DNA of 61,471 nucleotides, the filler included, from Diploschistes diacapsis (taxonomy: Eukaryota): NCBI GenBank assembly GCA_023645945.1. It is 4 parts of 4 records of this genome, joined end to end, with 100 filler letters (N's around TTAATTAATTAA, not from the genome) between each part and the next. Parts side by side here need not be neighbours in the genome. Positions count along the whole stretch, not along the records: positions 46,204 to 61,471 come from JALAIB010000560.1; 3 more parts are not named here. The stretch is one strand, 5' to 3'. This document shows, in pieces, positions 51,276-61,471 of the stretch. Position numbers and translations under genes: made by a program. Position 1 is the stretch's first letter. Each line of letters starts with the position of its first letter. The notes beneath the pieces are model-generated. The model did not search any database. It worked only from the letters and a program-made list of their open reading frames with translations, and was not told the origin of the DNA.

Positions 51276-51814
51276 AAACGACCCGGGCGAAGACATGATT
51301 CTATTTCCCCTGTACAGTTTAAACGACCTGCAGAGTTATTTTAGTCGAGTCGGGACGGATACAAGAGACGGAGCGCAAGCTCAGGGCGTTAAGGAGAAAT
51401 CTAACTAGACTTACCTACCTAGATATGAGAGGAAATATAATGTGAACTGTTCTTAGATGCCATTTATGCAGATGGGCCAGATACAAAGCCTTTTTCCCCT
51501 AGTGAGAAGACGAAGCAGCATTCCGTATTTTGGGTGAATGCTGGGCCTTCTTCCGCTATCCATAATAGATAGAGTTGACCTGCTTTCCTATCAACAGCTG
51601 CCTCGAGCAAATTGACAGCTCAATGGCATTGTTTGAGCATAGGCGCTAGGAAGCCAAGTATCCGAGACAACTTTCAGATAATGGACTTCGGACGTCGCTG
51701 AAGGTTTAATATGATTACTAAGCACCATACACCTTCTGTGTCTGGTTTCTTTCGTTATCTACACATATCCGGTAAGGTCCAGCATTACCAGTGCTGTGTA
51801 TATACAGCGGCTCC

Positions 51815-52560
51815 ATGTATGGAGAGGTTGGTCTGAAACTTGTGAGCAGAAGTAGCGGTTCATCTACGTGTTGCCAGTCGTCACTAACGTCCGGGAATGA
51901 AGGTACAGCATGCCAAAGGAACCCAAGCCTTGAGCCACCTCCCTCCATATCAGACGGAGATGGTACGAGCGACTGTCCGTGAGATTATGGAGCTCGATAG
52001 GGACGCGTCTCAAATACTTTCAGGCTTCGTTGGCAGTTTCAATCCTTCTGCGGATCCGGCAGCTGCGTGTTCCCTCCTCGTCGATCACCTCTGTATGCGG
52101 CGGAACAAACGCTGCCTTCTGGCGTATCATCGAGTAAGGTCGGACAAGTTAGAAGAGATGTGCTGGAAAGGCGAGGATGTGCTAGATCAGGGGCAGCCGA
52201 CGCACTCTACCAACAGCGGAGCGGTGGGCTCGGACACGGGCAGCACAAGTTCTTTGAGCCCAGAAGAGGAGGACTACGTAAGGCAATATAATGATCTTCT
52301 TGCAGCCTGCAAAGGTCAGTGGACGGACATTGACTTGGCTGGCACACTCGAGCCTCCAAAGGATCTATTCATTGATGTCCGTGTTTTGAAAGATGCTGGA
52401 GAGATCCAGACAGAATATGGGTATGCCATGGAATACATCCAGTCATTCCCTGCTAAGGTTTTGCAGGTCCATTACCTTGACCAAAAATAGCCAAATCTAC
52501 GTGCGTCAAGGCGATGTGGAGCATTTGATAGCCCAGCGCTTCCTCAAGAAACTCGGCTGA
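51815..52560 (+). CDS. PSF1: GINS complex subunit Psf1
   Basis: MYGEVGLKL/VQHAK, RRNKRCLLAYHRVR, LEPPKDLFIDVRVLKDAGEIQTEYG/SITLTKNSQ; two introns. Confidence 0.95.
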
Positions 52561-53586
52561 ACGGTCTTTCAATGGATTGATAGGCCCGGGTACGGCTTCA
52601 TCTAAGTGTACCAATCCTCCACAGATGCGCAAAACAACTTCATCTAAGAATGCGAGCAATTAGCTTAGTTGCGCAATGTCTTCCCGATGCTGACCGACAG
52701 ACACAGATCGGCCATGTGTTTGCTCCATAACAGCGCTATGCTGGACAAGCCGCATCGCGATCACTGTTCCCTGTCGCATTCAGTATGGACTTGTAGGGTT
52801 AATCTCAACAGAGGCCGGGAGGTCAGCAAGGAGCTTCGCAATCGTCAAGGCTTGAATTTGGGGACGGCATCAATCGGCGGTGTATGGAATCACTAGAAAG
52901 CTGAGCAGGTTGAGCGGCCATGGGCAAAGCGTACGGGTGTTGCTCTTTGCGAGACCTGAAGATGGATCGAACCGTCCATTGCAGATAAGCTGTAGTAGAG
53001 AGCTAATCTATACTTGTGAGAAACCGTCTTAGGACAAGTACTATGGTTTCTCGAGGAGGACGGACCGTGCGTCGATGTTGCTCTTTCTCTTCTTACATGC
53101 ACGGAGTTCATACTGCAAACAAATAGGTTTGATTGGATATCGAGGCGGCTAAGTTAATGGCGTTTTCTTTTGCATACATCGTACATAAAAAGCGTGAGAC
53201 TAAGATTTGACATTTGAACTGCATAGTATTACATGGACGCTAGCATCATCATTGCGCACATCTTGCATGTTTAAGAAGGTTAGTAAAGGAAATTGGTGAA
53301 CATGAACAAGAAGGTGCTGGACCAGCAGACGCACAGTAACCCCGCCTCATCCCCAAACTTCATGGCAAAGAACAACGGTCTATTAGATACTTCACACATA
53401 CACACATCTCTTCCGTCTCTCATTTAGATTGATGACTTGAGCTCTTGCCCTCTATCTGTACGGCTCTGAGCCAATATACACTTTGCTTCTACCGTTGTTA
53501 TTTCCGCCCTAAGATGTTACCATGTCACCAATAGGCAAGAGATATGTACGAGCACGTAGGAAGTGGCTTTCCGTAGCAGACACACC

Positions 53587-56500
53587 ATGTCTCCGCGGAG
53601 TGACCTGAGAATCAGTCCAACATTTCATCACCCTGAAAGTCCATCCTCTGGCCACGCAAGTAGCGATGCAAATGAGGCCGTCAGTAACTTCATCTCAAAT
53701 ACCGAGGGACGTCCTCGTGCGTTCATGGGGCCTCGAGCAGAGTCATCATCGTTAGCAGGTACGTTTTCATCGTCAATACTTCAGAAGACGCCGGCCAGGT
53801 CATATTATCAAAAATCGTACCATGGACCCCATAGTAGGAACTGTGTTCTTGCAGTACTTGCTTGTCCTAACCAGCTGTAGCATTACCAGATACGCCACGC
53901 ATGGCTTCCCAGGAAGTCCGCGAGGATACGGCGGAACTTGCGTCAAGAGCACTTAGTGATGCAGGCGAGCAGCCGCCAGACGAGCCACTCTCCGGGCAAC
54001 CAAGCGTCATACCAGAAATCTCGGAACCGGTGACGCCACGGGAGGACGACGCTTCTTACAGCTCTTTACCTTGGCGGAAGTCGTTCCGAGCGTCCGTATT
54101 GACCGAAATGATCCGAGACGCGCCTGATCAGGAAGAAGCGATCCAAGACGGTGACTCGTCCGAGGCCGATGATCCGCTTGGACCAGTGACCGTTAGTAAT
54201 GCAATAATTTCACAGCCGCATGAAGGTACTCCTCTGTTGCACGGGCGGGCCCCGAAGAGCCACGAACCAGCTACGTATGGCAGACTATGGGATTTGGAAA
54301 GTCTGCTTTCAAAACCTCGGAGGAAATTGTCCATGTTCTCGTGCAATATCTCCAAGGCTGCTAGCCGAACATCAAAACTAGTACATGCGGCAACCAGTCC
54401 TGCGGTATTGAACAGGCCGAACATTTGGCGGAACATGGTTTTGAAGCCAGCAAGTTACCTTCCAGCAGTCGTGCTTGGCCTACTCTTGAACATCCTCGAT
54501 GCCCTGTCTTATGGTAGGTATGAACCACCCCCCTGTTCAAGTTTTACAGGCTTATAAGCAAAGGCTTGATTCTGTTTCCCCTCGGTCAACCACTCTTCGC
54601 TAATCTAGGTCCTGACGGTATCTCAATGTTTTACGTCAGCTGTATTGTATCACAAATGGTGTACAGCTTGGGTGGTAGCGTTTTTCGAGGTGGAGTTGGG
54701 TCTGAAATGGTACTGTAGTTTCGAAGATTTCAAGTACATCGTGCTGACCAGCGGTGAAGATCGAGGTTGTTCCTTTCTTCCACAAGATGGCCTTCACGAT
54801 AATGACCCGTATCGGCGAGGATAACCCTCGATCCGTGCTGGCCACTACTATTCTCTCTTACTCCGTTAGCTCGATCATGACGGGCTTGGTCTTCTTCCTT
54901 ATGGGCAAATGCAAGCTTGGTGTTCTAATCGGCTTCTTTCCCCGTCATATTCTTATAGGTTGCATCGGTGGCGTTGGATTCTTCCTGGTGGCTACAGGTG
55001 TCGAGGTTTCTGCAAGGTTGGACGGCAATCTAGATTTTGATCTGAGGACACTGCAAAAGCTGATGGAGCCAGAGACCTTGGTTCTCTGGGTCGTTCCGCT
55101 TGCCTTGGCTCTAGTTCTATTTGTGACGAAGAGATGGGTGAAGCACTCTCTGACAGACGCTTGCTTCTTTCTTTCCATTTTCTTTGTTTTCTATCTCCTC
55201 GTTGCTGCGATTCCAAGTTTTCACATCGATACGTTGAGGTCTACCGGATGGATATTTGAAGCACCTCCAGCTGGTATTCCATGGTACCATTTTTATAGTC
55301 TTTACGGTTAGTGCAACCCTCACGCATTTGAGATCTTTATACTAAGGCTTTAGACTTCAACGCTGTGGATTGGGAGGCTCTTGCTTCGACTGTGCCAGCA
55401 ATGTTGGCGCTGACATTGTAAGATGACAAATATAACCATCGAACTTGTATTGACGATATGCTAGTTTTGGAGTCCTCCATGTCCCTATAAATATACCAGC
55501 GCTTGCGTTTACTACAGGCGAAGATAATGTTGATGTGGACCGTGAATTAAAGGCACACGGCTATTCGAATGCTGTCTCTGGCTTCTGTGGTAGCATACAG
55601 GTAAGTACCGACGTTCATGCAATGCTCAAGCGGACTTTGCTCATTTAAGTCTTCTAGAACTATCTGGTCTATACTAACACCGTACTCTTCATGCGAAGTG
55701 GAGGCGATAGCCGCGTGGCTGGAGTGATCCTGGCTGTCGCTACCTGTGGTGTGCTGGTCGTTGGTCCGGTGATTATTGGCTTCATCCCAGTCATGGTCGT
55801 AGGCGCACTCATATTCTTTTTGGGCTTGGATCTCCTCCATGAGGGCCTTGTCGATACGATAGGTCGAGTCAGTAAGCTAGAATACTTAACGGTAAGCCAA
55901 GTAATGTCGTGCTGATCTCCATATTGACCGCTGCAGATCGTCATCATTGTGTTGACCATGGGAATCCACGACTTTGTGGCTGGCATCCTCGTTGGTATCG
56001 TGCTTGCTTGTGCGGCTTTCGTCCTCCAAACCTCCCAAGTGTCTGCGATCCGGGGAACCCTTCCTGGTGGTACCGCAAGCTCCATGGTACGGCGGCATCC
56101 AACTCAACGACGCTTTCTTCAGGAAGTAGGAAGCCAAACATACGTGATGAAGTTAGCCGGCTTTCTTTTCGTAGGTTACAAGCCTTAATCGTTCCTTCTG
56201 GAACAGCTCTTTAACAGTGAAATCAGTTTGGGACGATCGTGGGGGTTGAGAACAGCATCAGAGCCCTTTTAAAGGAAGAAACCTTCAGTTCTCAGCCCAT
56301 ACGATTCTTAGTTCTTGACCTGGCGAAAGTCGATGGAGTCGACTTCTCGGCTGCGGAAGCATTCACCCGCATCAACCGTCTCCTCAGCGTTAGAGATGTG
56401 GAAATGATCATGTGCGGCTTCTCTGCAGAGTCCAATGTCGGCAACGCGTTGTACAGCGTCGGTCTTCTTGATGGCCCAGACCGAGTACAATATCACGAAG

Positions 56501-57316
56501 ATCTGAACTCTGCCCTCGAGGCTTGCGAGAACGACCTTTTGAAGGCTTTCTACCATCAAAAGGACCTGCTAGACAAACGACACAGTGCCGCATCGAAAGC
56601 CATAGGTAGATTCCACAGAGCATAAAGGACATTACAAAGGCCAAGCTGACAGCTGAACAGAGGTCCCTCCTGCCGCCAAAAATGTCTCCTCCCTACTTGA
56701 CGAAACTTCGCTCCCTTCTCCCCGTCGTGGCCAGCTTCATTCCGCTGCCACCGCGACCTTGACCGAGCACGAGTCCTCCGCGGCACACCAGCGCTGGCGC
56801 GGCTATGGACAGCCTCTTACCCTTCTCCTACAAACCTTTGCCGACCTCTCCCCGCAACGCGAGGACGGTTTCTGGGCACAAGCTGTCCCCTTTTTCGAAC
56901 GTCGTGTGTTTACAGCGGGCCAGGTGCTGTATAAGATGGGCGAAGAGGCAGAGGGGTTTTATCTTCTAGAGACAGGCATGTTGAAGGCGCTATATGAGCT
57001 GCCTCAAGGCAGGTTCGCGGAGGTGATTGTTGCTGGGGCGACTTGCGGAGAGCTGCCCTTCTTTTCCGGGACGAGCCGAACGAGCACGACAGTGGCGGAC
57101 AGGGAGAGCGTGGCGTGGGTCTTGACAGGGGAGAAGTGGGAGGGGTTGCAGAGGAATTTTCCAGACGTGGCGAGGGAGCTGTTGAAAATCAGCCTGGCCT
57201 TGACGAGCGAGAGGATGAATGCTATTACCAAGTAAGTCATTTTCGAAAACTAGCGCGGAAAGAGAAGTGGTCGTGCTGACGCAAAGAACAGGCACATGCT
57301 TTTGACGGGCAACTGA
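53587..57316 (+). CDS. VSB1: SulP-family transporter with STAS and cNMP-binding domains (Vsb1/YGR125W-like)
   Basis: [45 protein letters not shown] ([11 protein letters not shown]), cNMP domain (GELPFFS); about 10 introns. Confidence 0.88.
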
Positions 57317-57924
57317 GCAGCTGAGGGCTCGTTCAATGAACGGAACGTCCAACCGCCGCGAGACCAATCACCTGGAACACGAAAGAGAATGCGAAACATC
57401 AGTCAACCACGATGGACTTATTAACTTCACTAAGAAATAAGGGAGGCAATTGGTGTTGTGCAGCCCTTGATCTATGTACGGTTTCACCTGGAATTACATC
57501 ATTGTCCTTGGGAAATTGTTCACAGGACAATGGAGGATATGATATCCACACTTTACTTGGCATCGTATTCCTGGGGCATGATGCAAATCTGTCTACAATG
57601 TACCCGATAAATATTCCTAGACTACCTATCCAGCAGCTGTTGCTGTTTACCATACGCTTACCGATTGGATAAGGTTCCCATGCCGTTGACGGACATGCTG
57701 GCGAAATCCTTGGGTTCAGGGAAGTTCAACTGCATCATATGTTCTCGACACGAGGTGCGAATCACATGCATAGGATAGAATCGGAGGGACTTTTTTTTGG
57801 TGGAATGCATGATTTGAACCATACTATAATAATCATACTTGTGGAACATACCGTCTTCTGCAACCCATTTTCTCCCTGTTGTTCTTCTGTCCGGCTTGCT
57901 GTCATGAGCGTTGCCATCCGTAGG

Positions 57925-59345
57925 ATTTAAAAAAAACAAAAAAAAAACAAACAAAGCAGAAGAATGTTAAAGAGAGGTGGAGAGGGCGTAGGTAGGGTTA
58001 TGGGATTCCTCCAACTTGCCCTCTAGAGGGTGGGGGGGGGGGGCCCGGAATTATTTTTGTGAGTGTGATAACTAGTTTCGCCCCATAATCAACAGCTGGG
58101 GTTGATTGATTGATTGATTTGATCGAATCGATCGGGGCGAGAGAGAGAGAGATTCGTGGGGGGCAGACTAACTGCGAAGAGAGTTTAAAAAACCTGTTGG
58201 GAAGGAAGGGGGGGCTGCGAGGAATGGAGGAGGGAGCTCTCGCCCGCGTGATTGAATACCCGTACGACGGGCAGCAGCAGCGCGCGTTGTGTTTGTGTAT
58301 GTATATGTATGTATGTACATGAAATGATTGATTGTGTCGGCTTAGCTGAAGCTGAATTACCCTATTTTGTCTTTTTTGTACACAATTGTTTTGGGCTGTA
58401 AAAAAAACTCCCCCCCTCCCACTTCGGAGAGAAGCTGGCCGACATACAGGTATTGATCCCAAAATGACACTTCGAGTATTATTATGTGTAATGTGTATGT
58501 GTGTATGTGATGGCCCCACGCATGATGGCGGTTGGGACCCGGACGAATGAATGTGTGTGTGTGTGTGTGTGTATTGTATTTAATGTATCTCATGTAGATC
58601 GATCGATTTTTTGAATGAATGGTAGGTTTTGATTTGATTAATACAGAACGAACTTCATTCTAGCCTGTTTTATCAAGGTAGGTGGTGGGTCTGCAGAAAG
58701 GTGCGGGGACTGAGGCTGAAACTATTCCAACTAGTTTTGCTCCTATTACCTCTGTAAGAACGAAAAACCTGATCGAGCAAGATAAAGATGTCAAAAAAAT
58801 TAATAAATATATTAATCGTGTGTGTGTGTGTGCGTGCTCTCGCGCGCGGGAGAAACGGGGTGCAGCTGATGGGAGAGTGGATAGCAAGTCAGTATGGAAG
58901 AAAAGCTGGTAGGTCGTTTGTAGTGTGTCGAATCGAGAGAGGAGATGGTTTTACGGGAGGACGTATCTTGTCCTACCTCATACAGCAGCAGCCCAGTACT
59001 GTCCATTCTATGGGCCGACGGCAATGAATTCATAGTACAGAAAATGGGTGCGTACAATGTACGAGCCTTATTGATTATGGTCGTGGTTGGAGTCGAGGCT
59101 TGCTGCTAACTGTGGCACGTTTCTATGATTGGCCGGTTCAAAGGGCCACGGCGCCGAGGATGTAGTCGCTGAAGGAGGCGGATGACACACGGTAGATATA
59201 CTTTTCACAATAGCGAGGTTGGAAAAAAGCAGACTCGTGCCCACTGTCCTGTGATTGACTCTCGGAAAGGTTGCACCACCCGAGGGGACAAGCTGTACTA
59301 AGTAGCATACAAACATCTCCTTCGAAAAAACCCCCCCCCCCCCAT
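57925..59345. repeat. Cluster of microsatellites and homopolymers
   Basis: A-runs ~57928-57955, G12 ~58032-58043, (GATT)n ~58102-58119, (GA)n ~58138-58152, (GT)10 58553-58572, (GT)7 ~58818-58832, C13 ~59331-59343. Confidence 0.85.
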
Positions 59346-59825
59346 CATCGTCAGGTTCGTAAGATGAAAAACAAGCAGACCACGAGTGCTATCCTCGGTC
59401 CACCATTCCGAAGAGATGGCGAACGTCGGAGACGTCAGAACCGGCCGCTGCAAACAGAGACATGATCGAGCGTCGACGGCGATAATAACAACGTCGAGCG
59501 CTCCTCCGTAAAATAATGTCGCAAGGTCGAAAAGAAAGGACGGTACTGGCAGACCAATGAAAGGGCTATGAAATCAACAGTAGGCACATTCGGGCTCCCC
59601 CTCCACCACCCGGTAATCCTTCGCTTCCATCCGTCAAATACTCCCAAACCCACATCTCGAAGAAACATCGCCGTCACCATCGCGAGCATTTCCAATGCAC
59701 GCAAACATTCCTGAGCATTTCAGACATCAAACTCCACGCAAACACCGCTCGACCGGAAGGCGTCCACCGAAAGGTGGATAATGACGTTAGGATTCGACCT
59801 TGGTTGACTTTGACTGACTTGGTGT

Positions 59826-60647
59826 TCACTGGAGCTGTGGGGCATAATTCTTGGCCAGTTCCTGCTTGAATAGAGACTTGTAGCGCTCAAGCTCTGCCTT
59901 GGTCTGGTCCAGCTCGTGGCGCAGCTGAGCAATCTCCTCGAGGTGGGCTTCACGCTCCATGGCTCGCTTGTTCCGCGACTTACGGGCAGCTATGGTATTC
60001 CTTACACGCTTCTTGATGACCGGATTATCGACTTTCTCAGGATCGAGATCCGGCAAAGGCTTGCCGCGGCCGCGAGACTTCTTGACCCCGGAGACGGAAG
60101 AGTGTCGTTGACCTGGGGAGGATTGGTTGCGGGTCATGGTCGAGGCGGATGGAGAATTATCGCTGGCCGGAGACGGGTTTTCGATGCTTTGCTTGACCTC
60201 GTCGGGAAATTCGCTTGGGAAGAGCGAGGGCCAGTCGGAAGCAGCGGCGTCCAGCTCTTCGTCGTAGTCGTCGAATATCGGCGAGGTGTTGTTGCTGAAG
60301 GCAGGGTCGCCGAATGGAGAATCCCAAGACAGTGTCTGTGGAGTGGAAAGGTTCGTCAAGACAGCAGATTGTGGAGCAGAAAAGCCGACGTCCATGACAA
60401 CGTCCTTTGGCGAAACAGTTTGGGGGTTGGCGTTGGAAGAGTTGACTGAATCGAATGACAGATTGTCGAAGTTGAGGTTGGAAGTGGCTTGGGCGTGGAA
60501 GGGAGCAAAGTCGGGCGAGCTTGTCAAGTCCCCGCCAAAGTCAAAGTCTGTAGTCATATCTGTGAATGGAACGGTTAGATCACAGGGAGGAATGTGGTTA
60601 TGGGGCAAGGCTGAGTCAGTACCGAATTGTGAATCCAATCGCCCCAT
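59826..60647 (-). CDS. cpcA: Cross-pathway-control bZIP transcription factor (CpcA/CPC-1/Gcn4), AUG-initiated form
   Basis: TVSPKD, SAPQSAVLTNLSTP, WPSLFP, bZIP KRVRNTIAARKSRNKR; 63-nt intron 60560-60622. Confidence 0.93.
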   Translation of the reverse strand: MGRLDSQFGTDSALPHNHIPPCDLTVPFTDMTTDFDFGGDLTSSPDFAPFHAQATSNLNFDNLSFDSVNSSNANPQTVSPKDVVMDVGFSAPQSAVLTNLSTPQTLSWDSPFGDPAFSNNTSPIFDDYDEELDAAASDWPSLFPSEFPDEVKQSIENPSPASDNSPSASTMTRNQSSPGQRHSSVSGVKKSRGRGKPLPDLDPEKVDNPVIKKRVRNTIAARKSRNKRAMEREAHLEEIAQLRHELDQTKAELERYKSLFKQELAKNYAPQLQ

Positions 60648-61298
60648 CCTGCTCTGCGAAAGCGCGTGCAGCGCACCAGTGCTTTGAGGAAATAAAGGCA
60701 CCGGTGGACGGGTTCGGGATGAAGAAGGAAGGGACGGGCCGGAAGAGGTTGGTGCTGCGTTTGTGCGTAGGTTGATGTTGCCGGTAGGGTGGAACAGTGG
60801 AGAAGATTGAGCGCTGTTACTCTGCAGAGAGCTCCTGACCCGAGGATTCTGGTAAGGAGATACAGAATAAGATTGACGACGGTCTGATCGAAACTGGCCA
60901 GTTACGGCAGAGGCAGCGAAACGATCAAGGGCAGTGCTGGACGTCGCCGGCGCTAGCTCGGTCTGTCGACGAGAGGGCGTCGAGTCCGGGAAGAGAACAA
61001 AGTCCGGATGAGCGGAGGAAAAGTTGGCAGGTGCGGGATGCGTCGCAGGACGTGGGGACGGGGGTTGGGTAAGCCATGTCTGGTGTGAATCCGTGGTGAA
61101 CGACGTGAAGTCGTGGGAGTGAATCGTGGACGCTTGACGCGAACTCGGGCTAATACACGAGGTAGATGGCAGATTCAGACTTTCCGGGAGGAAGCCTGAG
61201 GTACTGAAGTCAAGAGTGGAGTTGAAGGCGTGGTTGCTGAGTATATCTATCTTGTCTACGGTGACCAAATAGGTGGAAGCTTGAAGGGGGGCAAGAAG
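60648..61298 (-). CDS. AUG-less in-frame N-terminal extension of cpcA (217 open codons)
   Basis: No stop and no in-frame ATG; contains WL, DFVLF and RPPVPLF motifs I recall from CPC-1 extensions; near-cognate TTG at 61268. Confidence 0.75.
60925..61077 (-). promoter_or_regulatory. cpcA uORF2 (50 codons)
   Basis: ATG GCT TAC...CCT TGA, out of frame with the main ORF; one of only two uAUGs in the 660-nt leader. Confidence 0.85.
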
Positions 61299-61310
61299 CT
61301 AGGCAGCCAT
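61299..61310 (-). promoter_or_regulatory. cpcA uORF1 (Met-Ala-Ala-stop)
   Basis: ATG GCT GCC TAG, a 3-codon uORF resembling yeast GCN4 uORF1. Confidence 0.87.
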
Positions 61311-61471
61311 ACTAGGATGGATGCCTGTTGATTGTCTTCAATGTGATGGCTTGGGTAGAGGGGATGAGAAGAAAAAGAAGAAGAAGAAGGAAGGAGGAGA
61401 GAGGGAGCAGGCCACTGGGAGGTTTAAGTGCTGTTCATTTGCTTGTGCGGGATTGTGTGTGGGATTGGGGG

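Noticed and set aside
57399..57954. Two tandem minus-strand ORFs as a gene
   Set aside because: No recognisable motif, splice pattern or codon bias; the upstream one starts in a homopolymer tract.
1..61471. CRISPR arrays, rRNA or prokaryotic operons
   Set aside because: Intron-containing fungal DNA; no regularly spaced repeats or rRNA-like sequence seen.

Overview
Genomic DNA of a filamentous ascomycete (Pezizomycotina-type proteins, short GT-AG introns, RIP-like damage). The window is not one locus. It is four contigs of descending length (15312, 15299, 15292, 15268 bp) joined by an artificial 100-bp spacer (N44-TTAATTAATTAA-N44), so nothing can be inferred across the gaps. Contig 1 carries RPS11, kinetochore SPC105/KNL1, mitochondrial TyrRS, a GH36 Sip1-like galactosidase, a PAF-acetylhydrolase, an RPEL-repeat protein and the TRAX 3' end. 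Contig 2 carries an IRC20/SHPRH-like helicase-E3, a Zn-ADH, AVT3-like and VHC1-like vacuolar transporters and an FAH-family 3' end. Contig 3 carries GMH1/UNC-50, PML1/SNIP1, an MDR reductase, TSR3 and GGA, then a ~6-kb decay zone (LINE gag relic plus thioesterase, Pth11-like, methyltransferase and NACHT pseudogenes). Contig 4 carries a RIP-damaged chromodomain retroelement relic, a divergent pair of tRNA-like elements, a Ste11/fmf-1-like HMG-box gene, PSF1, a VSB1-like SulP transporter and cpcA/GCN4. Best leads: (1) the cpcA leader, with two uORFs, a 217-codon AUG-less in-frame extension starting right at the uORF1 stop, and a TGACTCA site in its intron; (2) recurrent 0.5-1.3-kb C-rich-to-G-rich skew-switch islands; (3) the head-to-head tRNA-like pair. 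All calls are by-eye recognition without database searches; exon boundaries and some starts are approximate. I found no clearly novel multi-gene system.
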